From: Bacteroidota bacterium
GTDB taxonomy: Bacteria > Bacteroidota > Ignavibacteria > Ignavibacteriales > Melioribacteraceae
Length of the DNA: 64,000 nt
Assembly: GCA_021812705.1 (NCBI GenBank)
Contig: JAKAMT010000001.1
Coordinates: forward strand, 8,016-72,015
Direction of reading: 5' to 3'
The first letter of the stretch is position 1. Every line of letters begins with the position of its first letter. The translations under genes and the position numbers were made by a program. Below the pieces are notes generated by a model. It was not told the origin of the DNA and searched no databases. It was given only the letters and a program-made list of their open reading frames with translations. This document shows, piece by piece, positions 1-9,682 of this stretch.

Positions 1-933
1 GGTTTCTCCGGTGCTTGGACATTTTTCTTTCCCAATCAGCTCGTTCACCACGGTCTGAATGAGCGGCTGGGCAATATGTTCAGGGTGTTTAACGTAAAAT
101 TCTTCTTCGTTGCTCTCTTTTATTAATTTAACCGACGCATCCGCAAAATTTGAATAGATGATTTTTCCTTTTGAACCGATGATTTCCGTTTTATCAAATT
201 CCTCCGCTGCATCGAAGCACCAATTCGCAATTCCGTGTGCGCCGCTTTCAAATTTAAAAAGCGCACTGACCGTATCTTCCGTTTTGTAATAATTACCCAG
301 GTTTGAAACTTCTCCCTGTGCGGAGATTATCTTCCCGAGAAAATATTGAATGAGATCCAGCATGTGAGAGCCGAGATCGCAAAAATATCCGCATCCCGCA
401 ATGGAGGGATCCAGCCTCCAGCCGTGAATTCCTTTTTTATCATTTACGCTTGCCGGCTGACGGAACTGCATGTTTACCAATCTAACTTCTCCTATTGCCC
501 CATCTTCTATCAGCGATTTTATTTTCAGAAAACGGGGAAGCGCTCTTCTGTAATATGCAACAAAGAGGGGCGCGCCTGCATCCTTGCAGAATTTTACCAT
601 CTCCATGCATTCGGTATAGTTCATCGCCATCGGCTTTTCAACATAGACGGGTTTGCCCGCCAGTGCCGCCGCAAATGTATATTCTTTATGAGAGGATGGG
701 GGAGTAGCGATGTAGACAGCGTCAACTTCAGGATCGTTGATTAAAGTAGTCGCATTGTCATACCATTTGGGAACAGAGTGGCGCAGAGCATAATCTTTTG
801 CTAAATCTACGCTGCGTCTCATAACGGCAATTAATTCAGACCCTTCCGCTTTCTGAAATCCGGGTCCGCTTTTAACTTCCGTTACATCACCGCAGCCGAT
901 TATGCCCCATCTGATTTTGGAATATTTTTTCAT
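1..933 (-). CDS. Gfo/Idh/MocA-family NAD(P)-dependent oxidoreductase (3' end runs off the window start)
   Basis: Missing from the ORF track because it is open at position 1. My own minus-strand translation from the ATG (complement of 931-933) reads MKKYSKIRWGIIGCGDVTEVKSGPGFQKAEGSELIAVMRR...LAGKPVYVEKPMAMN. This shows a Rossmann-type N-terminus and the EKP motif typical of the family. Plus-strand ORFs 346-744 and 495-707 are antisense shadows. Confidence 0.8.
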   Translation of the reverse strand, partial: MKKYSKIRWGIIGCGDVTEVKSGPGFQKAEGSELIAVMRRSVDLAKDYALRHSVPKWYDNATTLINDPEVDAVYIATPPSSHKEYTFAAALAGKPVYVEKPMAMNYTECMEMVKFCKDAGAPLFVAYYRRALPRFLKIKSLIEDGAIGEVRLVNMQFRQPASVNDKKGIHGWRLDPSIAGCGYFCDLGSHMLDLIQYFLGKIISAQGEVSNLGNYYKTEDTVSALFKFESGAHGIANWCFDAAEEFDKTEIIGSKGKIIYSNFADASVKLIKESNEEEFYVKHPEHIAQPLIQTVVNELIGKEKCPSTGET

Positions 934-943
934 ATCGCAAAAA

Positions 944-1588
944 CTAATCTAATAAATAAAGATAGTTTGGAATTCTAATTATGTAACCCGTATTGCCGTC
1001 GTAGAAATCACTTTCCTGATCTCCGACAGAGGCGACAATGTTAAATCCTTTATTGACAAGTGCTTTTCTCTTATCTGATTTAAATTCTGCGGCGGGAATT
1101 TTTTCTTCGCCGGCCGCGCGGACTATCAGCGAATCGAATTTTGTAAATCCTGCATTTATCAGGTTATTCTTTGTCGCCTCAAAATATTTTAATTCTCTAC
1201 CGGTTAAAAATATAATGTGAATTTTTTTTGATAAAAGATAATTGTAAAGCCGCCGGGATGCTTTTATGGCGGGAGAGATTCCTTTTTGCTGCCACTCATC
1301 CCACGAGCTTTGTGTGTATCCGAATCCGAGATCTTTTGTGTATTTGTAATTTGAAAGAACGGTTTCGTCTATATCGAAAACGGCACAGGCTGTTTCGTTA
1401 AAACTTTTTGATTCAAGAAATTTTATTGCACCGTCAACAACATTGGAGCACTCGTTCTCAAATGCACCGGATTCGTAATAGTCCCGCACGTTTTCTTTGG
1501 CTTCCCCAAGATTAACGGGATGTTTAACGGAAGCGCAGCCGCTTAAAAGCAAGAAAAACGTAAGCAAAGAAATTGATTTCATCTTCAA
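944..1588 (-). CDS. HAD-superfamily acid phosphatase lipoprotein (class B / plant-type acid phosphatase-like)
   Basis: Lipoprotein signal ending LLSGC. HAD motif I DIDETVL (DxDxT), FLTGR, and motif IV GDQESD. Confidence 0.75.
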   Translation of the reverse strand: MKMKSISLLTFFLLLSGCASVKHPVNLGEAKENVRDYYESGAFENECSNVVDGAIKFLESKSFNETACAVFDIDETVLSNYKYTKDLGFGYTQSSWDEWQQKGISPAIKASRRLYNYLLSKKIHIIFLTGRELKYFEATKNNLINAGFTKFDSLIVRAAGEEKIPAAEFKSDKRKALVNKGFNIVASVGDQESDFYDGNTGYIIRIPNYLYLLD

Positions 1589-1763
1589 TTTTTATTTTGA
1601 ATGAAGTTATACAAAAAACACAACCCAGCAAACAGACTAATTGTGAGAATCGACAACTAAAATTTAACAAAAAATAAAAAAATAATCGGACACGCTTGAT
1701 TTATTAAAAAACGTTATGTAGATTTAGTCTAAATAATAATTAACACTCATAAATGGAGCAAAA

Positions 1764-2570
1764 ATGAATAAAAAAGGCAGTAAACTAGTAAAAAGCATCT
1801 TTCTATCCCTCTTTCTCTTCCTCCTCTTTTCGTCAGGTAATATTCGTGCGGATAAAAAATATTTCGGCAGATCCTATACATCTTATACGCTTCCGGCGGG
1901 GGCGCTTGAACTGGAATTGTGGCAGACCGGCAGATTAGATAAAGGAATTGGGAACTACTACCGCTGGCAGCCTAGGTTCGAAGTTGAGTACGGAATTACG
2001 GACCGCCTTACAGGTTCTATGTATCTTAATTTCAACGAAGTGAAAAGCGCCAACAGCACAATTGCACCGGAACCGTTCTCTTTATCGAATACGTCGTTCG
2101 AATTCAGATACAGGCTTTCAAATCAAGGTGAATATTTCGTTGATCCCGCTCTCTATTTTGAATTCGGTTACAGCGGAGAGGAAATAAGCTATGAACCAAA
2201 AATTCTTTTGACGAAAAGGATAGATAAATTCATTTCCGTTCTGAATATCAATTCTGAAATTGAAAGATCGCCGTCAAAAAATGAAACGGAATCCAGTTTG
2301 GAATTTACAGCGGGACTGGCATATGAATTAAGCAATCATGTTTCGCTGGGGCTCGAATTCAGAAACCACAGAAATTATGAAAATATTTTTGATGAAGAAG
2401 AAAATCAGGCTTCGTTTGTTGGTCCAACAATAAGTTTTCAGGGAGAGCGGTTCTATTTTGTCGTGAACTTTTTAGCACAGGTGGGAGGATCTCCAGCCAC
2501 AGTCAACAACCTGGATCTTGGCGGACACGAGAAGTATGAAATAAGAACAATTCTTGGGATAGAATTATGA
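1764..2570 (+). CDS. Secreted protein of unknown family, putative outer-membrane beta-barrel
   Basis: N-terminal signal peptide and alternating hydrophobic/polar strand-like segments along the whole length. Stop/start overlap ATGA with the next ORF. No family recognised. Confidence 0.5.
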   Translation: MNKKGSKLVKSIFLSLFLFLLFSSGNIRADKKYFGRSYTSYTLPAGALELELWQTGRLDKGIGNYYRWQPRFEVEYGITDRLTGSMYLNFNEVKSANSTIAPEPFSLSNTSFEFRYRLSNQGEYFVDPALYFEFGYSGEEISYEPKILLTKRIDKFISVLNINSEIERSPSKNETESSLEFTAGLAYELSNHVSLGLEFRNHRNYENIFDEEENQASFVGPTISFQGERFYFVVNFLAQVGGSPATVNNLDLGGHEKYEIRTILGIEL

Positions 2571-2800
2571 AATACCTGCTCTTAACAGTCTTTCTGTTTG
2601 TGGTGGGTTGTGCTGCGGCAAACAAATTTTCTGACGCAGGCGAAAAACTGTATGCTGAAAAATGCAGCGGTTGCCACAGGCTCTATGCTAAAAAAGATTT
2701 TTCTTCATCGGACTGGAGATTAAAATTGGAAGTAATGGGAAAGAAAGCAAGGCTCGCCGAGGAAGAGAAAAAAGAGATCTTAATTTATTTAACTAAATAA
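2567..2800 (+). CDS. Small lipoprotein with a single CXXCH haem-c binding motif
   Basis: 77 aa. Lipobox VVGC followed by EKCSGCHRLY (CXXCH). 4-nt overlap with the upstream ORF. Confidence 0.6.
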   Translation: MKYLLLTVFLFVVGCAAANKFSDAGEKLYAEKCSGCHRLYAKKDFSSSDWRLKLEVMGKKARLAEEEKKEILIYLTK

Positions 2801-2804
2801 AAAA

Positions 2805-2823
2805 GGCGGTTGTATAAACCGCC
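2805..2823. terminator. Bidirectional intrinsic-terminator-like hairpin between convergent genes
   Basis: GGCGGTT (2805-2811) / AACCGCC (2817-2823) forms a perfect 7-bp stem with a 5-nt loop. It is flanked by an A-run upstream and TATAAAA downstream. It lies between the stop of 2567-2800 (+) and the stop of hslU (-). Confidence 0.65.
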
Positions 2824-2856
2824 CTATAAAATAGATAACGCCTTCTTTCAAAATAT

Positions 2857-4236
2857 TTATAAAATATATTTGCTCAAATCTCTGTTCTTTACAATTTTAT
2901 CTAATTTTCCGTTAACCATCCGTCCGGTGATTTCAATTTTAGAGGAGGGCATTTTATCTGGCACTTCAAAAAGAATATCCTCCAGCAGGGTTGTAAGAAT
3001 AGTGTGGAGCCTTCTCGCGCCGATATTCTCGACCTGATCATTTACAGCCGCGGCAGTACGGGCTATCTCTTTTATTGCCTCGTCGTTAAAATTTATCTCC
3101 ACATTTTCGGTCTGCAGAAGCGCCGCATACTGTTTCAGAAGCGCGTTTTGAGGGAGAGTAAGAATTTTTACAAAATCATCTTCGCTCAAACTTTTCAGTT
3201 CAACTCTTATTGGAAATCTTCCCTGCAGTTCGGGAATCAGATCGCTCGGTTTGGAAACGTGGAACGCTCCTGATGCGATGAATAAAATGTGATCCGTTTT
3301 TACGGGGCCGTATTTTGTGTTTACGGTAGATCCCTCAACTATAGGAAGCAGATCACGCTGAACGCCCTCGCGCGATACATCGGGTCCCTGCTGGCTTTTG
3401 GCGCCGGCAATTTTATCAATCTCGTCGATGAAGACTATGCCGGATTCCTGCACCCGCTTAACGGCCTCTCTTTGAACGGCCTCCATGTCGATCAGCTTCT
3501 CTGCCTCTTCCTGGGCGATCATTTTTTTTGCTTCGCGGATCGGTGTTTTTCTTTTCTTCTTTTTCTTGGGAATCATACTGCTCATCATCTCCTGCAGATT
3601 CATGGTCATATCATCCATTCCCATGGGCCCAAGCACCTGCATTCCGAATGCGGGAGATGTTGTATCGAATTCAATAAGCTTGTCGTCCAGCTCTCCATTG
3701 CGCAGTTTTTCCCTCATCCATTCGCGCGTTTTTTCATTACGCAATTCTTCTGTTTCAATATTCTCATCTTCGATGCCGTTGTTCTTTTTTACCGGAGGAA
3801 TCAACTGGTCAAGAATTCTTTCCTCCGCCATTCTTTCCGCTTTCTCCTGGACCTCGGAAGTTTTTTCCGACCGCACCATGCTCACAGAAAGTTCTGCAAG
3901 ATCTCTGATCATAGATTCAACATCGCGCCCTACATAGCCGACTTCCGTGTATTTGGAAGCTTCTACTTTTATAAAAGGCGCGCCCGAAAGTTTAGCAAGC
4001 CTTCTTGCAATCTCGGTTTTTCCAACTCCGGTGGGGCCGATTAGAATAATATTGTTCGGCATAATCTCTTCGCGGATATTTTCTTCCACCTGCTGGCGTC
4101 TCCATCTGTTTCTTAGCGCGATGGCGACAGCGCGCTTGGCTTCGTCCTGTCCGATAATATATTTGTCCAGTTCATTTACTATTTGAATAGGGGTAAGATC
4201 TTTCATAGAGTTGTTCTTCATTATCCGTTTCCTCAT
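2857..4236 (-). CDS. hslU: ATP-dependent protease ATPase subunit HslU
   Basis: Walker [16 protein letters not shown], Walker [12 protein letters not shown], long I-domain insertion, C-terminal ...LSKYIL. 4-nt overlap with hslV. Confidence 0.97.
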   Translation of the reverse strand: MRKRIMKNNSMKDLTPIQIVNELDKYIIGQDEAKRAVAIALRNRWRRQQVEENIREEIMPNNIILIGPTGVGKTEIARRLAKLSGAPFIKVEASKYTEVGYVGRDVESMIRDLAELSVSMVRSEKTSEVQEKAERMAEERILDQLIPPVKKNNGIEDENIETEELRNEKTREWMREKLRNGELDDKLIEFDTTSPAFGMQVLGPMGMDDMTMNLQEMMSSMIPKKKKKRKTPIREAKKMIAQEEAEKLIDMEAVQREAVKRVQESGIVFIDEIDKIAGAKSQQGPDVSREGVQRDLLPIVEGSTVNTKYGPVKTDHILFIASGAFHVSKPSDLIPELQGRFPIRVELKSLSEDDFVKILTLPQNALLKQYAALLQTENVEINFNDEAIKEIARTAAAVNDQVENIGARRLHTILTTLLEDILFEVPDKMPSSKIEITGRMVNGKLDKIVKNRDLSKYIL

Positions 4237-4769
4237 TTGGCAATCACTTCGACTGTAATTTTTTCATTTGTATAGATGCAGATATCGGCCGCAACTTTAA
4301 GAGATTCTTCTACAATTTCTTTTGCAGAAAGGGTTCCATATTTTTTCAGCATTTTGGCCGCAGCGAGAGCATACATTCCTCCGCTGCCAATGGCGACAAT
4401 ATTATCCTCCGGCTCAATCACGTCCCCGGTTCCGGAAACAATAAAGGCTTTGTCGGATGAAACAATTGCAAGCATTGCTTCCAAACGGCGTAGATATTTG
4501 TCCGTGCGCCAATCTTTTGCCAGTTCAACCACGGCGCGGGATACATTGCCGCTGTACTGCTCCAATTTTTCTTCGAACCGGGCCAAGAGCGTAAATGCAT
4601 CCGCCGTCGATCCGGCAAATCCGCACAGCACTTTCCCATTTAAAAGTTTTCTGATTTTCATGCTGTTATGTTTCATTACGGTATTGCCGAGCGTTACCTG
4701 TCCGTCGCCACCAAGCGCGGCTTCTCCGTCTTTAATAATTCCTATTATTGTTGTTGATCTGATCTTCAT
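4233..4769 (-). CDS. hslV: ATP-dependent protease peptidase subunit HslV
   Basis: N-terminal catalytic Thr region (STTIIGI), GGDGQVT, 178 aa. Immediately upstream of hslU. Confidence 0.97.
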   Translation of the reverse strand: MKIRSTTIIGIIKDGEAALGGDGQVTLGNTVMKHNSMKIRKLLNGKVLCGFAGSTADAFTLLARFEEKLEQYSGNVSRAVVELAKDWRTDKYLRRLEAMLAIVSSDKAFIVSGTGDVIEPEDNIVAIGSGGMYALAAAKMLKKYGTLSAKEIVEESLKVAADICIYTNEKITVEVIAK

Positions 4770-5410
4770 CTGCTGCTCCGTTTAAAAAAATTTAATTTTC
4801 CTATGAAAGGAACCATTCTGGGCACGCTCTTTTGATAATCTGCGTACCGATCCCCGAACATTCTGACAAGTTTTTTTTCTTCGTAAAAAGTGCCGGCATA
4901 AAAATATACTACGGCGCATAAAAAGAATGTAAGGTAGAATAAATTCATAGTCGGTCGTAATCCCAAAAACAAAATTGAAAAAAAGTAGATCGGGTGCCGC
5001 GAGTATTTGAATGCCCCGTCTAATTTTAATTCCTGCTTCTCGTCCAGTTCTTCAATTATATATTCACCGTGCATATATCTCTCTATCTGCGCAATGCCGG
5101 AAAACTCCCTGAAACTGATAGATTGTGATGCCCAGATAAATCCGGCAAGAGATAAAACCTGCAGTGCAAATGTAATCATATCGAAAGGAAAGCGTAAGTC
5201 ATAAACAACCGCATCCGGTTTAGGTGCGAGCGCATAAAAGGCTGAGAAAATTACTATCGACGAGATGTTGTAGAATAAGCGGTAGAATGCAATTTTGTTT
5301 CCGATCCTGGCCGTCAAATTCTCCTTTAATTTAATTGAGGCAAGCCACGTGTGTGAAACCGCAAAAAGAGAAAAAAGGAAAATAATTGTCAGCAGATCAA
5401 CGAGGATCAT
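4766..5410 (-). CDS. Membrane methyltransferase of the ICMT / phospholipid methyltransferase family
   Basis: Multi-TM protein with [14 protein letters not shown] and [21 protein letters not shown], typical of the isoprenylcysteine carboxyl / PEMT-like family. 4-nt overlaps on both sides. Confidence 0.7.
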   Translation of the reverse strand: MILVDLLTIIFLFSLFAVSHTWLASIKLKENLTARIGNKIAFYRLFYNISSIVIFSAFYALAPKPDAVVYDLRFPFDMITFALQVLSLAGFIWASQSISFREFSGIAQIERYMHGEYIIEELDEKQELKLDGAFKYSRHPIYFFSILFLGLRPTMNLFYLTFFLCAVVYFYAGTFYEEKKLVRMFGDRYADYQKSVPRMVPFIGKLNFFKRSSR

Positions 5411-6876
5411 AGTTCCTTTCGGAGACGTGCTACGGGGATTTTAAGCGCTTCTCTATATTTGGCAATTGTGCGGCGCGCCACGTGAATCCCTTTTTCCTGA
5501 AGTATAACTGCAATGCGGTCGTCGCTGTAGGGATTGTCTTTGGGTTCGTGATCGCAGATCTCTTTTATAAGCTCTTTGATGTGTTTGTTCGAAATTTCGT
5601 CGCCGGAATCTGTGGACAATCCTTCGCTGAAGAAATATTTTAATTCGTGTATTCCCTGCGGACTCTGAACAAATTTTCCGTTTACAACACGGCTGATTGT
5701 TGAAATGTCCATTCCTATCTCTTCCGCGATGTCTTTGTAAATCATCGGCTTCAGAAAGCGGGGGCCGCTTTCAAAAAATTCATACTGGCGTTCAAGAATT
5801 GCTCTCATGATTCTCATCAGCGTATTTCTTCTCTGCTGCAAAGAAGCGATGAACCATTTTGCCGATTCAAACTTTTCGCGCAGAAATTTATAAGTTTCTT
5901 TTTCGCGCTCTGATATTTTTCTTTTATGCTTCTTTGTATCTATCATCTCCAGATAAGTTTTGCTTATCGTTACAGACGGCACACTCCTGTCGTTCAGCGT
6001 TACAATATAATTGTCTTCCACTTTCTCTATTATGAAATCGGGAGTAATCTGGTTCAGCTCTTCTGAATCTATATTCCCTTCGCCCGGTTTCGGATTCAGT
6101 TTCTGAATAACGTCGATTGTCGTGCGGAGAGTTTCTTTGGAAAGGTTCATCGTTTTCTGAATCGCGTCGAACCGGCGGTTTGCGAAATCATCAAAATGGT
6201 CTGCCAGAATTTTTTCGGCCAGATATGAATAATAAGGATCGTAAGAGGAATTTCTGATTTGCACGAGCAGGCATTCCTGCAGATTTCTGGTGGCTATTCC
6301 GATCGGTTCCAAAACCTGAATTTTTTTCAGAATTTTTTCCGCCTGTTCAAGAGTTACTTCAACATTCTCGAACATTTTCATTTCGTTAACAATTTTTTCC
6401 AGATCGGTTTTGAAATATCCGTCTTTATCCAGGCTGCCGATTATATTTTCGCCGAGGAGAGTTTCTTCTTCAGTGAGGTCGAGCATGTGAATCTGGTTGA
6501 TCAGATTTTCTCGCAGTGAGCTTCTTTGCGGCGCAACGGGATTAATCTTTTCTTCGTCTCGGCTCCTGTTGATGCGGTCGAATTCATGTTCAGATTCCGT
6601 TTCATTCATGAAATCTTCTAATTCAAATTCATCATCCTTGCTGTCATATTTTTCATCTTCGTCGTCCGAGCTTAAATTATCGTCGCTGTCTTCATCCTTT
6701 TCCTGATCAAGATCGAATTCTTCGTCCAAAGATTCTTCTAATATGGGATTCAGTTCCAGTTCGGTTTTAATGCGCTGTTCAAGGGCGAGCGTATTCAGCT
6801 GCAGCAGTTTCTGATACTGAATCTGCTGAGGAGAAAGCTTTTGTGAAAGCGACAGTTTATGTTGAAGAGATAACAT
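5407..6876 (-). CDS. rpoN: RNA polymerase sigma-54 factor RpoN
   Basis: Gln/Leu-rich region I (LSPQQIQYQKLLQL), acidic region II, and a C-terminal RpoN box ARRTIAKYRE. Confidence 0.95.
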   Translation of the reverse strand: MLSLQHKLSLSQKLSPQQIQYQKLLQLNTLALEQRIKTELELNPILEESLDEEFDLDQEKDEDSDDNLSSDDEDEKYDSKDDEFELEDFMNETESEHEFDRINRSRDEEKINPVAPQRSSLRENLINQIHMLDLTEEETLLGENIIGSLDKDGYFKTDLEKIVNEMKMFENVEVTLEQAEKILKKIQVLEPIGIATRNLQECLLVQIRNSSYDPYYSYLAEKILADHFDDFANRRFDAIQKTMNLSKETLRTTIDVIQKLNPKPGEGNIDSEELNQITPDFIIEKVEDNYIVTLNDRSVPSVTISKTYLEMIDTKKHKRKISEREKETYKFLREKFESAKWFIASLQQRRNTLMRIMRAILERQYEFFESGPRFLKPMIYKDIAEEIGMDISTISRVVNGKFVQSPQGIHELKYFFSEGLSTDSGDEISNKHIKELIKEICDHEPKDNPYSDDRIAVILQEKGIHVARRTIAKYREALKIPVARLRKEL

Positions 6877-6878
6877 GA

Positions 6879-7445
6879 TTATTCTTTGACCGAACTTTTA
6901 ATTTTATTAAGCCATTCTTTTCCGTATGCCCGTTCGAGAGAGTCGCTGCAGAAATCCAAAATTTTAATCTGCGTTTTCTCTCCTTTCTCCAGCGCCGGTT
7001 TGCATTCGTTGTATTTTTCGAACCTCAGCACATCGCCTCCGAAATTCGAAACGCGGATCGGAAAGAGATGACAGGAAACCGGTTTTATAAAATCTATTTT
7101 TTTATCGCGGTACGCTTTCTCAATTCCGCATTTTGCAATATCGCCTTCCCAAATTACAAAAACACAGGCTCTGTTGTTTAAGCTCCTGGTCATCAAGTCG
7201 CCGTGCTTTTCAATCCAGAATCCTTCGCTTTCAATCACTTTAAGGTGTTCTTTAGGCAGATATTTAATTATTTCCGGCAGAATATTATCTATTATATCTA
7301 TTTCAGTCTGAGTGATGGGAGCCCCGTATTCGCTCTCCATCGTACAGCATGCGCCTTTGCATTTTGAAAGATCGCAGGTAAAATTTGTTTCGACAACTTC
7401 TCGGTTTATGAATACATTATCTATTTCAAGAAAATCGGGATTCAT
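6879..7445 (-). CDS. DUF3109-family Cys-rich protein
   Basis: Motif CDLSKCKGACC and further conserved Cys residues. I trimmed the track ORF (6879-7619) to the internal ATG at 7445 (MNPDFLEID...), which gives the usual ~188 aa. The upstream extension is low-complexity and would overlap the divergent SDR promoter region. Confidence 0.7.
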   Translation of the reverse strand: MNPDFLEIDNVFINREVVETNFTCDLSKCKGACCTMESEYGAPITQTEIDIIDNILPEIIKYLPKEHLKVIESEGFWIEKHGDLMTRSLNNRACVFVIWEGDIAKCGIEKAYRDKKIDFIKPVSCHLFPIRVSNFGGDVLRFEKYNECKPALEKGEKTQIKILDFCSDSLERAYGKEWLNKIKSSVKE

Positions 7446-7590
7446 TGCTTTTCTGCTTTTGGAATAAAATTGAGAATGAGCGGATAATTTTTCGCGAAAA
7501 GATACAAATTTTGTTCTATCAAAAAAAACCAAAAGGATTTTGATTTCTGATTTACGATCTTGGGAAGTCAAAAAAAATGAAATATCACAA

Positions 7591-8358
7591 ATGAATTTCG
7601 CGAATAAAACTGTTCTCATAACCGGAGCTTCTTCCGGTATAGGAGAAGCGCTCGCAAGAAACCTGTCAAAAGAAAACTGCCGACTGGCATTGGCGGCGCG
7701 CAGAATAGCGCTGCTTGAAAAATTGAGCGGCGAACTAAAATTGAACGGGTGCGATCCGCTCGTCGTAAAATGCGACGTGTCTAAAAAAGAAGATGTGTCC
7801 GCGGCCTACCGCCAGATTAAAAACAAATTCGGCGGAATTGATATCGCGATTTTGAACTCCGGAGCGGGGCATAAGGTTACTGTGGATAATTATGATTCAA
7901 AATTTGCGGAAGAGATATTTGGAGCAAATCTGTTCGGCATTATTTACTGGGTGGAACAACTGCTTCCGGAATATTTTGAAAAAAAGAAGGGGACGATTGT
8001 TGGAATTTCATCGCTGGCGGATAACCGGGGTTTTTCCGAAAGCGGATTTTATTCTTCAAGCAAGGCGGCTGTGTCAATTTATCTCGAGGGGCTTAGAGTT
8101 GAATTGAATCCGTACGGAATTAAAGTAATTACCGTAAAACCCGGATTCATAAAAACCCCCATGACTGATAAAAATAATTTTAAGATGCCGTTTATTATGA
8201 GTCCGGAAAAAGCGGCGGAGATAATTTTAGGCGGAATTAAAAAGGAGAAAAGAATAATTCAATTTCCGTGGCAGACGGTTTTCTTAAGCCGCCTCGTCGG
8301 TCTTCTTCCGGGCAGCATTTATGAATGGCTGGCGGGTAGCCGGTTAGTAGAAAAGTAA
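7591..8358 (+). CDS. Short-chain dehydrogenase/reductase (SDR)
   Basis: TGASSGIG cofactor motif directly after the ATG at 7591 (MNFANKTVLITGASSGIG), NSGAG, and the catalytic YSSSK. Start trimmed from the track ORF at 7540. Confidence 0.9.
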   Translation: MNFANKTVLITGASSGIGEALARNLSKENCRLALAARRIALLEKLSGELKLNGCDPLVVKCDVSKKEDVSAAYRQIKNKFGGIDIAILNSGAGHKVTVDNYDSKFAEEIFGANLFGIIYWVEQLLPEYFEKKKGTIVGISSLADNRGFSESGFYSSSKAAVSIYLEGLRVELNPYGIKVITVKPGFIKTPMTDKNNFKMPFIMSPEKAAEIILGGIKKEKRIIQFPWQTVFLSRLVGLLPGSIYEWLAGSRLVEK

Positions 8359-8423
8359 ATAGTAAATTGTGAATTGTGAATGGTAAATAGTATAAAATTG
8401 CCCAACTATAAAGAAAATATAAT

Positions 8424-9659
8424 ATGAAGAGAAAAATTTATTTTGAAATAAAATATACAGCATTGTTCTTCCTTCTCCTTCTTGGATTTGTCTCGTGCAA
8501 TAAAGTTGACTCTCCCGTTGAACCGGGAACGCAAAACAGAGGATCGCTTGTAAGCAGCAGCTTTCTCGCAAACTACAACACGGTTTTAATTCAGGGATTG
8601 ATAAATTATGCGGCCGGAAATCAGCCGGTATCGGTAACTCTTAAGTATGATGTTGATGTTTATAAAATTATTTACCGCACATTAGATCCGCAGGGAAATC
8701 TAACAATTGCCTCGGGCGCCCTCTTTGTTCCCAAAGGAAAAGATAATCTCCCCCTAATCAGCCTCCATCATGGTACACAGACGGCAAGAAACGGAGTCGC
8801 TTCAATTAACCCTCTCTCTGCAGTAGACGGGCTTACTGCAGCTTCGCTCGGCTACTTCGCATTGGTACCTGATTATCTGGGTCTCGGCGAGTCGACAATA
8901 ATGCATCCGTATCATCATCAGAAATCTTCCGCGGATTGTGTAATAGATTTTATCCGTGCCGGCAGAACGTTTGCCCAGCAGTCATCTATAAAATTAAACG
9001 GACAGGTTTTTCTTGCCGGTTATTCTGAAGGGGGTTATGTCACACTAGCGGCTCATAAGGAGATAGAAAAAAATTATTCGTCGGAAATTAAAATTGCAGC
9101 ATGCGCTCCAATGGCAGGCGCCTATGATCTCAATTTGACAGCGAAAACAATTTTGCAGAAATCGACTTACGGACAGCCCGCGTATCTTTCTTTTTTTGTG
9201 GTTGCATACAACGAGATCTACGGGTGGAATAAATTGAGCGAGGCGTTCAACTCTCCATATGCAGAGAAAGTCCGCGAGCTGTTTGACGGTTCTAAAACCG
9301 CGTCCGAAATAAATTCACAGCTTACGACGAATATCTCTCAGCTCTTCAATCAAAATTTTCTTCAGTCATATCTTGGCGGAACCGAGACACAGCTTACGGC
9401 AGCCTTCACTAATAACAGCCTTCTTAACTGGACTCCTTCTGCGCCTATCCGTTTTTATCACGGTAATGCGGATGAATATGTTCCGTACGAGAACTCTGTA
9501 AAGGCGAGGGATTATTTTAAGTCCGTCGGCGCGACCGTTGAATTGATTACAATCGATGGAGGGATGCACGTATCCGCTGCGCTGCCCAGCATCATAGGCG
9601 CGGTAAATTGGTTCGAATCACTCAGACTTAACAAGCAATATCTTGCCTTGCGCCGATGA
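8424..9659 (+). CDS. Secreted alpha/beta-hydrolase (lipase/esterase-like) lipoprotein
   Basis: Lipobox (GFVSC) and nucleophile elbow GYSEGG (GxSxG). Late conserved D/H candidates at ...GNADEYV... and ...GGMHVS. Confidence 0.6.
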   Translation: MKRKIYFEIKYTALFFLLLLGFVSCNKVDSPVEPGTQNRGSLVSSSFLANYNTVLIQGLINYAAGNQPVSVTLKYDVDVYKIIYRTLDPQGNLTIASGALFVPKGKDNLPLISLHHGTQTARNGVASINPLSAVDGLTAASLGYFALVPDYLGLGESTIMHPYHHQKSSADCVIDFIRAGRTFAQQSSIKLNGQVFLAGYSEGGYVTLAAHKEIEKNYSSEIKIAACAPMAGAYDLNLTAKTILQKSTYGQPAYLSFFVVAYNEIYGWNKLSEAFNSPYAEKVRELFDGSKTASEINSQLTTNISQLFNQNFLQSYLGGTETQLTAAFTNNSLLNWTPSAPIRFYHGNADEYVPYENSVKARDYFKSVGATVELITIDGGMHVSAALPSIIGAVNWFESLRLNKQYLALRR

Positions 9660-9682
9660 ATCCGGAATCAGATTTAAAAAAA

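Noticed and set aside
346-744. Plus-strand ORFs 346-744 and 495-707 at the window start
   Set aside because: They are antisense to the partial Gfo/Idh/MocA oxidoreductase that I translated from the minus strand (1-933). That gene has a clear Rossmann N-terminus and the EKP motif.
3289-4044. 251-aa plus-strand ORF, with neighbours 3004-3273, 3485-3937 and 3947-4186, inside the hslU region
   Set aside because: It lies entirely antisense to a full-length, motif-perfect hslU. The translation is low-complexity (Phe/Leu/Ser/His-rich) with no recognisable domain. This is a typical shadow ORF.
7446-7619. N-terminal 58-aa extension of the DUF3109 ORF, and the 7540 TTG start of the SDR ORF
   Set aside because: The two extensions overlap each other on opposite strands. 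Internal ATGs (7445 and 7591) give proteins that begin right at the conserved domains, so I trimmed both.
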